NCBI GenBank assembly: GCA_000004985.1
Contig: GG738887.1
Strand: one strand, 5' to 3'
DNA from: Naegleria gruberi
Lineage: Eukaryota
Length of the DNA: 64,000 bases
Shown here piece after piece: positions 44,580-54,369 of this stretch. The position numbers and the translations under genes are program-made. A model generated the notes under the pieces. The model was not told the DNA's origin. It saw nothing but the letters and a program-made list of their open reading frames with translations, and did no database searches. Numbering within the stretch: position 1 is the stretch's first letter; every line of letters starts with the position of its first letter.

Positions 44580-44624
44580 ACAATAATTATTGGAAAACAG
44601 TGCAAAACGTGTATTGCTCTTACA

Positions 44625-46898
44625 CTAGATATTCAAAATTTGTCTGATAGATTGCTTGTTAGTCGAGTAATAAACAATCTTGCCACTTTCTCTAAACTTG
44701 GAAACAACATTTGGCTCCTCGCTAAATTCGTTTTGATAAAGACTGAGAACTCTTAAATGAGACAAGTGCGAGAAACAGCTTTCAAATGAAGGAATTTCAC
44801 AAAGCTCATTATGACTCAGATCCAACATTTCTAAATTCCTCAACAAGGTAGAAAAGAGCGTGCAGTTTGCATTTGTAATCTTCTCAATCTTGTTATGTCC
44901 GAGTCTCAAATCGACAATCTTGTTCGGTATCAATTCACTATTCCTATCATCCACTGTAGGTAATTGTTTTAAATTATTAAATGAAAGATTTAAAATTCTC
45001 AATTGTGGTAATGTTAGCAATTCCAACGGTATAGTTTCCAAAAGATTGTGACTCAAGTCTAACTCAACCAATGATTCAACTTGATAATTGAACAGAGATG
45101 AAAGGCATGATATTTGATTCCATTGAAGTTCTAACATGAGCAATTTAGAAAGACGTTGTGAAAATTTCATCTCTGTACTCTTTTTGTAATTCTCAATTTC
45201 TTCTGGCTCAGTGAGAGATGGATCAATGAATAAAAACTTGGGTGGAAATTCCTTGAGCTTTAAATAGTTGAGACTAATCATGGCAGAGTGATGATTTTCA
45301 TCATAGTTAAAAATCTGCCTTTGTACATAAGATTCAAAGTTTGGTCCTTTAAAATCCTTGCCAATATCTTCGTAGAGTTGAATTTGTAAAAGAAATCCAG
45401 TATTTGGAGCAATACAACATCTCTTATCTCTAACGTAGACAAAAGCCTCTTCAGCACTCATTTTCATTCGATTCATGACATAGGCAATAATAATGGTTGC
45501 AGATCGAGACATTCCTGCAGAGCAATGCACAAGAACCTTGTTGGAAGGATCAGCATTGAGACATTCATCGATCCAATCTAAGGCCTCATCAAATCGTCCC
45601 ATAATATTGGTCTTTTCTTCATCTGTCTCTGATATTTGTTTGTAATTTTTGAATAGACGAGATCTTTCCTCCTCGTCTGGGAAGGGAGAAATAACATTCA
45701 CACACAAAATACTATTAATACCAATTGATTTCAACTCTTCAATATTTGTAGCAGCAGTAACGGATCCCAAATAGAGTCTATCTGCAATCCTTTGTGGCAC
45801 TCGTTGCATGTGACATAAAAATCTCATTGCATTATGTGAATTGTGAGAGCCCTTCTTGGTTAGCACTTTAGAGAAGGATAGTCTGGCTTTTGGTGAATTT
45901 TTCTTGATTGACATTTTGATTGGAGAGGAAAAGTCCTCGTTGTGGTGAGTTTGAGACTTTTCTCTTCCAGTAATATATTTCAATTCTATAGGAATAGCAT
46001 CAGCTAAATCTATGTAATTCTCCTGTACATTCAAAGTTAAAAGACTATGTTGAATAAATAGGTTGGAAAAGTATTTTGGAATCCTTTTGATATTATTATT
46101 GGAAAGATTCAAAACTTTGAGAGGACATAAAGAAGCAACCTTGAAAAACTCTTCAGAAATCTCCTCAATAGCATTCGAGCTCAAATTAATGGACGTTAAT
46201 TGTTTAAATTGTGAGAGAAATTCAATAGGAATCCTCTTGAGTCCACAATTTGTTAATTCCACCACTGTAATATTCTCTTTCAAATAATTTGCCAATTTCC
46301 TCTTCTCGTCAAACATAACTTCTACCAAATTGACTCTCAAATATTCGTCCATATCACTCACACCATCATGCAATAAATTATTAAATTCCAAACCTTCAAA
46401 CGGAGCCACAACCTGTTCATTCTCAATCAATTCATTTACATTATTTACAATTGAAACTCTATCAGAATTTTCATTAAACTTCAGGATTAAATTTTCCAAA
46501 GCCTCCGATCTAATAGTATTCTCCACAACACTCATCGAACACTTTCTAAAGAAGAGAATCTTTCCATGCTGTTCTCCACTCTCGACTGATGCAGCAGCGG
46601 TTGAAGAAGTTGATGAAGCAATCCTCTTGGAAATATCCGTAGTATTGTCATTTGTAGAATGAATAGCTTGTTCTATAGTAGAAAAGAATTTACTAAGAGT
46701 TTCACCTATTGAAGAAGTAGAAGGAGATGAAGAATTTGTTATTGTTGTATTACTGGATTTTCTTCTGGGAGAATTTTCAGAGTTTGAATTTGTTGTTGTT
46801 GTTGTTTTTGTTGTTGTTGGTGATGAGAACCATCTCCGACCACCGGAAAAGAACGCCAAGACCGGAAGAAGCGTGAGCCACCAGAGAGCGGCAAGCAT
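44625..46898 (-). CDS. Leucine-rich-repeat protein with a central dual-specificity phosphatase domain (MPL-like), 757 aa
   Basis: The DUSP catalytic loop is VHCSAGMSRSATIIIAYVM (HC..G..RS). LRR blocks sit on both sides (LTSINLSSNAIEEI, LKVLNLSNNNIKRIP, LVELDLSHNLLETIP, LRILNLSFNNLKQLP). An N-terminal hydrophobic segment (MLAALWWLTLLPVLAFF) is present. Confidence 0.75.
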   Translation of the reverse strand: MLAALWWLTLLPVLAFFSGGRRWFSSPTTTKTTTTTNSNSENSPRRKSSNTTITNSSSPSTSSIGETLSKFFSTIEQAIHSTNDNTTDISKRIASSTSSTAAASVESGEQHGKILFFRKCSMSVVENTIRSEALENLILKFNENSDRVSIVNNVNELIENEQVVAPFEGLEFNNLLHDGVSDMDEYLRVNLVEVMFDEKRKLANYLKENITVVELTNCGLKRIPIEFLSQFKQLTSINLSSNAIEEISEEFFKVASLCPLKVLNLSNNNIKRIPKYFSNLFIQHSLLTLNVQENYIDLADAIPIELKYITGREKSQTHHNEDFSSPIKMSIKKNSPKARLSFSKVLTKKGSHNSHNAMRFLCHMQRVPQRIADRLYLGSVTAATNIEELKSIGINSILCVNVISPFPDEEERSRLFKNYKQISETDEEKTNIMGRFDEALDWIDECLNADPSNKVLVHCSAGMSRSATIIIAYVMNRMKMSAEEAFVYVRDKRCCIAPNTGFLLQIQLYEDIGKDFKGPNFESYVQRQIFNYDENHHSAMISLNYLKLKEFPPKFLFIDPSLTEPEEIENYKKSTEMKFSQRLSKLLMLELQWNQISCLSSLFNYQVESLVELDLSHNLLETIPLELLTLPQLRILNLSFNNLKQLPTVDDRNSELIPNKIVDLRLGHNKIEKITNANCTLFSTLLRNLEMLDLSHNELCEIPSFESCFSHLSHLRVLSLYQNEFSEEPNVVSKFRESGKIVYYSTNKQSIRQILNI

Positions 46899-47103
46899 TT
46901 TTTTAATTTAAGAAAATTGGATATTAATATTTTAATATTTTTAATATTTTGTAAAGTTGTTTTGAAATACAAGGGCGAAATTCTGAAAATAGCAGATTAG
47001 GAAATAGTTATGAAACAGGCTGCTGAAACATGAATTTCCCATCCAACTAATGCATTCTGTTGCATTGCATTAAGGAAGAGTTTATGATTTAATAACCTTG
47101 ATA

Positions 47104-48783
47104 TTAGTGCATGAGCAGAATGGCTGAATATTCGTGTTCACACCTTTCAAGAAATAATCTTTCTGAATAAATAGTAAAGAATCCATCAGATATAGAGGCT
47201 GCTCTTTGAATCTCTGGATCTGTTCTCAATTTCATAGAGAGTATGTTGATATTATTTCCTGTCTTCTTGACAAACTCCATGGCAAGCTCTTTATCTATCT
47301 CACCATAGTAATTATTTAAACCACCCCTTATAGCTGCAATCAATACATCTCGATCAGATGGAAATAAGTTACGCAACATTGAATAGTCAGAGCCCTTACG
47401 AATTAGTCCCTCAATTGCTAGCTCTTTATCCAATTGACCTGGATACAAAGCACGTAGATCTGATAAAGACAAGCCACTTCTTACAGCCTCTAAAGCAAAA
47501 TTTCTATTGGATAGTAATAGTGCTGGTGGCTCAGCATCTGGTGGACTTTCCAAAAAGTTGGGCATGTCTTTTGGAACAAACAATGCAACAGAACCATTTT
47601 GCTTGACAGCTGCCATAATAATTTCACTGTCTCTCGTTAAACGTGGAGAAACAAACTGATAGCAACATCCGTTCTGTTTGACAAGTTCCAAAACCACCTC
47701 TCTATCATCTTGCAATATTTTCATCAAGTGTAAATGCAGTGGATTGTCTCTGACAGCTGTCAATGCCAAATTTTTATCATTTAACAGATCTGGATGAGCA
47801 TAAGCATACATTTTTGCCTTAACCAAAATATCTACATCTGTTTTCAATCTGTAAGATGCATAATGATATGCTTGATTGTCATTCTCCAAGGCCAACAATA
47901 CAATTTCCTTGTTATCTTTAATTTCTTTCGAAGCATAATTGAGAGAAGTTCCTTTTCTAGTAATTGCCCTTGTTACCACTCTCAAATCCCCCTTCAGTTC
48001 TTGGCTTGCAAACTCGAGTGCATCTGGATTCTGATTAATTGCCAAGTTGACAATTTTCTTATTATTTTTCAATTCAACAGATGCATATTGCAAACCTTTT
48101 CCATAAACCTTTACAATTTCTGTAAGTACATCAGGATTCGATCCATAATTCTTTAAAATTTGATCCAAATACCTTGTATCTGTCCATTCCTTCACACTAA
48201 ACTCTCCTCTATTAAACAAATCCAAAACAAATGCAATATCCTCCTCTCCATACTTATTGTGCATAATTCCACTCAATTTTCCCTTTTCATTTGCAATATC
48301 ATTCAAATACTTTTCAAATCCCTCAACACTTCTCAATTGTCCATAATCTTTCAAACTGGGATTATAAATCTTCCTCATAATTGCTCTCATCACCAAAGCA
48401 TCTCTCAAAACCTCTCGAGGTAATATCTGAATAATTGTCTCTATCGATAACTTGACCAAATTCCTCATATAATCAATTACACAATCTCTGTGCTTCATAA
48501 ACTCAATCGGAATAAAATCATTATTTGTTTTAAATTCCTTCTTACGATCCAATCGGAGATGAATTCGTTGAAACCACTTGACTCTTCCTTTCTGTTGATT
48601 TTCAAATTTTGATTTTAATTTTAAATATAAATGATGAAGATGATCATGATGATGATTATTAATATTGGAATGATGATCGGAGAGAATTAGAATGACAGCA
48701 TCACGATGATGATAAGAAGCAGGAGGAGCAGTTGCTTTTGTACCTTTTCTAATTGTTGTTTTTTTGCTTTTGTTTGTAAGCAT
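47104..48783 (-). CDS. Protein made of DUF4116-like helical repeats (559 aa)
   Basis: A repeated pattern ...(V/I)L.A(V/I)..N..AL.(Y/F)AS.(E/R)LK.D.E(I/V)V..A... is visible (IVNLAINQNPDALEFASQELKGDLRVVTRA, IVLLALENDNQAYHYASYRLKTDVDILVKA, LALTAVRDNPLHL, VVLELVKQNGCCYQFVSPRLTRDSEIIMAAVKQNGSVALF). Confidence 0.5.
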   Translation of the reverse strand: MLTNKSKKTTIRKGTKATAPPASYHHRDAVILILSDHHSNINNHHHDHLHHLYLKLKSKFENQQKGRVKWFQRIHLRLDRKKEFKTNNDFIPIEFMKHRDCVIDYMRNLVKLSIETIIQILPREVLRDALVMRAIMRKIYNPSLKDYGQLRSVEGFEKYLNDIANEKGKLSGIMHNKYGEEDIAFVLDLFNRGEFSVKEWTDTRYLDQILKNYGSNPDVLTEIVKVYGKGLQYASVELKNNKKIVNLAINQNPDALEFASQELKGDLRVVTRAITRKGTSLNYASKEIKDNKEIVLLALENDNQAYHYASYRLKTDVDILVKAKMYAYAHPDLLNDKNLALTAVRDNPLHLHLMKILQDDREVVLELVKQNGCCYQFVSPRLTRDSEIIMAAVKQNGSVALFVPKDMPNFLESPPDAEPPALLLSNRNFALEAVRSGLSLSDLRALYPGQLDKELAIEGLIRKGSDYSMLRNLFPSDRDVLIAAIRGGLNNYYGEIDKELAMEFVKKTGNNINILSMKLRTDPEIQRAASISDGFFTIYSERLFLERCEHEYSAILLMH

Positions 48784-49025
48784 TAGTAATTAGTAAAAGA
48801 AAATTTGATTAAAGTATTGGCGGGAAAGTTAATGTAAAGATATTTTTTTTGTGAATGGTAAATATCCCGCTAAACACTTACTGTCAAAGCGTGCTGGTAC
48901 TTTGACGATTTTGCGTCAAGCTATTTTCGTCAAACAAGCGAAAAGTTGTCTTAGCAGGAGGGAACTTGGAAATTTTTCCAATTTCAAATAACAAATAAAT
49001 TTCCAAGTCAATAAATTTCAATTTA

Positions 49026-50001
49026 TTAAAAGTTTTGATATGCATAATAATGCACAGGAATATATTTCTCTTCATCAGGGAGTTTGACAACAACACATGG
49101 GAGCATTTCAAATGCTTCACTTCTACTAATCTCCCTTGTCTTATTGGTGGTGTTGGAAATTAAGGTAATCTCATTAAAATCTTTTGAGAAAGATGCCACT
49201 TTGAAAACTTCGTTCGTTTTGATATCCTTGATACAATCTAATTCCTTTCTTACAACGTAGTGACCAACTATACATTCAGAGGCAATAAGAGGTTCATTTA
49301 AATCCATTAAATCACATAATTGGCACATATCAAAGTACATGATTGAATATCGAGCAGAATTTGAACAAACGTAAGTCTTTGAGAGTGTGAAATTGAGTCC
49401 TTCTCCAATAAAAGCAGAATTTACACCAAGAGGGCCGTACATTCTACAAGAATTGACTAACTCAGTACAAATATGAAAGTTTGGTGTTGCTTTCTTTTCT
49501 CCAACCACTTTCTGATAATCAATTAACACTTGAAACAATTCAACCTCAATGTCTCCTAATTTGGATAACTGAAATGAGTCTGTCAGCTTATCAATTATAG
49601 AGGCAAATCTATGAATTATTTCAACCTTTGATTCTATTTCCTTAAATCCTTCGATATGTGTAAACAGCTCTAAATAATGATGACAGATCATGTAAATTTC
49701 AATTGCCTTTAGACTGTTCATAATCTGGCCATTTGTGGTCTTTCTAGGATGCTTGTGAAGGAATGATGGATACTTTTATTTCAGAAACAATGTCAAATCT
49801 TTCCCAGTATTGAACTGGGATCATTTTCATCATTTCTTGGAAAACTCCTTCATATAATACATGCATTGAATCATAGCAACAAATATCTGATGGTGATGGA
49901 TTCCAATCTTGATCCAAAATTGGTGAAATTGATTTCAACCCTTGATCAAAATTCCCTTTTTGAATGTGATTTTTCCAATACTCTTTATCTCTAAAGGTGC
50001 A
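49026..50001 (-). pseudogene. Frameshifted transposase-like ORF (Tnp2 / DUF4218-like motif C.D.MH..YEG), probably a decayed mobile-element gene
   Basis: Two minus-strand ORFs (49744..50001 and 49026..49721) overlap in alternate frames across about 30 nt, so a single +/-1 shift joins them. The motif CCYDSMHVLYEGVFQEMM resembles the conserved CLD.MH.EKN block of En/Spm Tnp2-family transposases. The region is gene-poor and flanked by TGACG-motif clusters. Confidence 0.3.
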
Positions 50002-50035
50002 AGATTAATTGTATCATATTTAGGGTGTATTCTTA

Positions 50036-50650
50036 TTGGGTATCGAGTTTGTTTCAAAGATTTTGAATTTTCTTTGGTTGATTCTATATCAACACTTTAC
50101 AGATTCTGAACCACTTGTTCAGTTTTCAAGTCAGAAATCTACAAGCAAGCCAAAGTCTTCTACCAAGAATGCTTCTTCTTACAATGAACCTTCCAACAAG
50201 AAGGCTTCTTCAAGCAATGATGATTCAAATGAAGTTCCGGAATCATTTGCAAATTCTGCATTTTTGAAACACTATAATGATTTAGTTGATGAGAATGAAA
50301 GAATTAAGAAAGAATTGGCTAGATATAAACAGGCAGTCAGAAATATGAATGAAATGATTAATCAAATGGTGAGCTGTTTAGATGAGTATCAAGATGTCTT
50401 TGCATTGGGAGACTCTATTGTGCATCATGATGATAAAACCATTGTGCTCACCCATAAAGAGATAGCAAAGATTTGTGAATTAGGTGAGAAAACCTCTCAA
50501 ATCATACATGTTTGCTCAACCTACTTTGAAAAGTCAATTACAAAGCACAACCAAGATGAAAGAAAGCTATTGTTTAAGATAATATTTGATGCAATGGGTT
50601 GGAAAATAAGCAAACACAAGAACAAACTCAGTAAATACAGAGGTCTTTAG
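50036..50650 (+). CDS. Hypothetical protein (about 204 aa), possibly part of the same decayed element or a truncated gene
   Basis: ORF with a low-complexity S/K-rich start, then a predicted helical region. A charged tail continues in another frame (50651..50848). No family recognised. Confidence 0.25.
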   Translation: MGIEFVSKILNFLWLILYQHFTDSEPLVQFSSQKSTSKPKSSTKNASSYNEPSNKKASSSNDDSNEVPESFANSAFLKHYNDLVDENERIKKELARYKQAVRNMNEMINQMVSCLDEYQDVFALGDSIVHHDDKTIVLTHKEIAKICELGEKTSQIIHVCSTYFEKSITKHNQDERKLLFKIIFDAMGWKISKHKNKLSKYRGL

Positions 50651-51439
50651 TTCAATTGCAAGCAACCTTAAGAAAAAGAAGGGTGCAAAACAAAATGAAT
50701 CAGTAAAGAAGAAGAAGACAGAACTTGAGGAGACCACCTCAAAAAAGAGAAAAGAAAGAGAGGAAAACAATGATTCTGGATCATCCTCTTGTGAGGAAGA
50801 AACCATTGAAGAGGATTCCACTGATGATATGAGTGATGATGAATGTTGATTGTAAAATGTTGGGTTACTAAATCGTTATTTTTAATAAAAAAATGTCTAC
50901 ACATCAACTCCCTCATCATATCATACAAAACTGTCGGTTAGTACTACAACATTATTTTTACTACAATTTAAAATCATCAGTTTTATTGTTTATTGGTTTG
51001 TTGTATTTAAATTTCTTAATTTCTTAATTTTTTAATTATTGTTGTTAGTTGGATTTATAAAGATTTTATTCTTCGAAATTGGTTTGTTGTATTATTTTCA
51101 TATTATATGATTTTACCTGCTACGGATCATCAAAATTATTCATCACAAGAAATTAGGTAATTTGTTATAATTCAATTTGTGCTAAACAGCACGATTTATA
51201 TGCAAGCAACAATGTAAGTAATTTTGATTTATTATCATTAATTTTGAATGTAACTGAAGAGGTGAGTGATATTTCATCAGTTGGAGTGAGGATGAGGAGT
51301 GTAGATATTTTTTTCGGTTGGAAATTTGGAATGGAAGTGGATCTAATAATAGATGAGTTTGGAACTTGGAAATTTTACAAGATTTTGTAGTAAATAATTG
51401 CTGGAATTTAGTCAATAATTGACAATAATTATTATGAAT

Positions 51440-51720
51440 TTTTTGACGTAATTATTGATGTTTTTTCATCAATATTTGATACAAAACATTATTGATTTAT
51501 TATCAATTTTTGACGTCAAAAATTGATAATAAATCATTAAGAATTGACGATAATTCTTGACGTCAATTGCGCGTTAATTTGGAATTTTTCTCCCAACACT
51601 TGTTGACGATTTTATTATGCTTTAAGCATCAATTTTTAACATTTTTCAATAAACTTTATTTCATAATTTTGCAATCTGATACGTTAAAATTTGACGAAAA
51701 AATTGTTAAAATTATCATCA
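51440..51720. repeat. Cluster of TTGACG / TGACGTCA motifs including a 44-nt perfect palindrome (51493..51536) and a second TGACGTCA palindrome at 51558..51565
   Basis: The palindrome tgatttattatcaatttttgacgtcaaaaattgataataaatca reads identically on both strands. Nearby are tttgacgtaatt, attgacgataattcttgacgtcaattg, tgttgacgatttt and aatttgacgaaaaaatt. A similar TGACG cluster (ctttgacgattttgcgtcaagctattttcgtcaaac) lies at about 48900-48940, on the other flank of the TE-like ORFs. Confidence 0.6.
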
Positions 51721-51808
51721 AAATAATTTAGCGGGTATTTATTGTAATGCGTTTGAAAAATGATCAAATGTATCACGTTTCCAATATTGTTCAACTTTCC
51801 AATAAAAA

Positions 51809-52369
51809 ATGGACGAATCAACACCTCTCTATAATTTCGGAAATTCTGTGGAAAAAGATGAACGTTCGGAAGATGATGATATTGTCATTCAATTCGTTCA
51901 ATTAATTTCATGTTTATTACTTTCATGTTTTACATTATTTGATTTAGTTTTGGGGATTTGGGGAAGTGTAATTTTTGGAATCTATTCGAAAGGGTCCAAT
52001 CTGATAGATCCAGAGCCATGTAATATGACAACTGCCACTGCTTTAATAATGACATGCTCTGTGTGTTATTTCTCATTCTTTATTTTCAAGATTAGTTTAG
52101 TTTGTTGTCATTGTTTCGGATGTAGAAAGAAAAGGATTTATCTTGTACCAAGCATTTGTTTCTTCTACATTCCTTGTTTAATAATTAATGGAATTTCGTG
52201 TACGATCTTGGCATTCATTGGTGGAAATAGAAAATGTCAAGAAATTCATGTTCAGGAATTCGCATTTTCCATAACAAGCGTAATTCTAATGTCTCTAATT
52301 ATATGTATATGGACTTGTCAAAATTGTTTATTGGGTGGATGTAAATTAGTTGCCGCTAACGAGGATTAA
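51809..52369 (+). CDS. Cys-rich four-TM membrane protein (186 aa), family not recognised
   Basis: The start is aaaaaATG. Four hydrophobic helices are LISCLLLSCFTLFDLVLGIWGSVIFGIY, ATALIMTCSVCYFSFFIFKISLVCC, IYLVPSICFFYIPCLIINGISCTILAFIGG and FAFSITSVILMSLIICIWTC. Confidence 0.5.
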   Translation: MDESTPLYNFGNSVEKDERSEDDDIVIQFVQLISCLLLSCFTLFDLVLGIWGSVIFGIYSKGSNLIDPEPCNMTTATALIMTCSVCYFSFFIFKISLVCCHCFGCRKKRIYLVPSICFFYIPCLIINGISCTILAFIGGNRKCQEIHVQEFAFSITSVILMSLIICIWTCQNCLLGGCKLVAANED

Positions 52370-52875
52370 TTATGTTTGTAAAACTTTACAATAAAATCAT
52401 CAAAATAAAATTTCATTACTTGATTATCTTTATCCCCCAACCTGAAATACTTCTTTTAAATAGATCATTCAGAAAATCCACCAAAGATGAAATCCCAATA
52501 AGATTCAACACATCTTTAACTAAGAAAACAACTGAGGAATTATTAACAATCCCAAACTTTTTATTAAAATCATGAATCAGTTTCATTGCAATCCAAAAAA
52601 TTTTACAAACATATAATTGTTATTGAACCACTTCAACTTCTAACATTTGGGAAAACCAGTCCACGTTCCTAGATCAATTATGAAATGAATAGTGTCGAAT
52701 GTGGGGCATGGCACTTTGTTGTCAATGCTCAAATATTTCAGAAGTCGATTGTTGGAACAGATGAAAATTGCTTTTCATAATTGTAAAATATTTACTCTCA
52801 AATAAAGATGTTTCGTAGTGACGGATTCGAAGAATTGAATAAAAAGATCAATTTGTTGTGTGAAAATTTATAAAT

Positions 52876-53853
52876 TTACTCGGCACCAATTAACAAATCA
52901 GAGAGCTTGTACTCAATGACAAACTTTTGATTACTCTTCAATGAATCAATCAAGGCCAAGACTGGATTACGGCTCTTCAAAGTTTCAGCATTAGCTTGAG
53001 ACACTTCACCAGTATTTTCCAAATCAGTAGCAGCTTGCTTCTTGGCATTAACCTTAATGAGATATCTGAAACCTAACTTGGTACAGAAAATAGAAGAGAA
53101 GAAGAAGAGAGACATTAAAATACCATAACCATGAACCATTGTACCAATTAAACAGACAAGATTGAGTGCCAAATTGAGAGCCATCATGATTGGAGACTTT
53201 AAGAGCATTGAAATAGTTTCCAAAACTACCAAAATCCAGAAAATAACATGAACAAAAACTGGGAATCTCCATCCATTAGTATCAGCAGCAACCCAAATGA
53301 CACCAATAATTTGTAAGAGAAGTGTCAAGGCCAACAAGTTACACAATGACCCAATCAATGCAGTTGGAGAACGAACACGAGTCTTGAGTTTGTTCAACAT
53401 TTGTCTAAAGGTCGATGTTGGACGCATTCTCATAGTCGAATCTTCTGTAGAAGCTTGAGCCATACCACCATTTCCATCAATAGTAGTTGTTGTGGTTGTA
53501 ATTGTAGTGGTATATGGGAGTTGTTGTTGAATTTGAATTGGTTCGGTAGTTATTGTTGTAGGATAAGGAGTTGCTTGTTGTTGACCAATGAATTGAACTG
53601 GAGGAATTGGTTGATTATTCATTCCGTATGGCATATATGAAGCACCTTGTAAAGTTGGATACATGTGTTGTTGGTGTGGGAGAACCGGTAATTGAACCAT
53701 TGGATTACTTGAAGGCAAAGAAGATGCTTGCAAGACTGGATAAGGAGTTGTCGTTGCTTGTATTGTAGGATTGGATGAAGGAATTGTTGTTGGTAAATTT
53801 GTATTCATCATTTGTTGTGCGTATGGATGTGGTGGAGGTGAAGTAAGAGTCAT
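52876..53853 (-). CDS. Paralog A of a 4-TM protein pair: Q/P/T-rich N-terminus, membrane core, conserved C-terminal ...KLSDLLIGAE (325 aa)
   Basis: It is collinear with the + strand gene at 54370..55197. Shared blocks are KLKTRVRSPTALIGSLCNLLALTLL / KLKSRVRSPYTLVSSLCNMLSLAML, HVIFWILVVLETISMLLKSPIMMALNL / HIVFWILFVVQPIFMILKSPLLMVVSL, and both end SDLLIGAE. Confidence 0.6.
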   Translation of the reverse strand: MTLTSPPPHPYAQQMMNTNLPTTIPSSNPTIQATTTPYPVLQASSLPSSNPMVQLPVLPHQQHMYPTLQGASYMPYGMNNQPIPPVQFIGQQQATPYPTTITTEPIQIQQQLPYTTTITTTTTTIDGNGGMAQASTEDSTMRMRPTSTFRQMLNKLKTRVRSPTALIGSLCNLLALTLLLQIIGVIWVAADTNGWRFPVFVHVIFWILVVLETISMLLKSPIMMALNLALNLVCLIGTMVHGYGILMSLFFFSSIFCTKLGFRYLIKVNAKKQAATDLENTGEVSQANAETLKSRNPVLALIDSLKSNQKFVIEYKLSDLLIGAE

Positions 53854-54369
53854 CTTTAGTTAGTATAAATCTTCAAGGAATTATATTTTCTTATTATTAT
53901 TATTATTTTGATTATTATTTGTACAAAAGTCGCGACGATATTAGATGTCGGTTGGTTTTATGATAATTTTTTTAGTGATTTTGTTTGATGTGAGATGAAC
54001 AAGAATTTGAATGGAAGCATCAATTTTCGAATTCCTTTCCAATTTGATTTTTGACTTCTTTTAAGGAGGTTGTTAACGTTGAGGAGTTGTTGAAACAAGC
54101 TGTTGATTATCAGCGATATTCGATATCGACTAGATTTTGAATCATGTATTCATCCTTAATATCTACTTCGATAATCGAAAATAATTCCTTTCTAATTCTC
54201 TCGCGATCTTGTTCAACTAGGCTTCTACTTCCAACAGACATCAAATTTTTAAACCTTAAAAAAAATCGCAAAATTCTGCCAAGCTCGTAAATTTGCAGCC
54301 AATTTCAAACTCTAACCGCCTGTACCATCATCACAATCATTTTCATTATTTAAATAATTCGCGATCACA

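Noticed and set aside
50567-50928. Minus-strand ORFs 50567..50821 and 50668..50928
   Set aside because: They are the antisense of a charged K/E-rich + frame in AT-rich sequence, with no start context.
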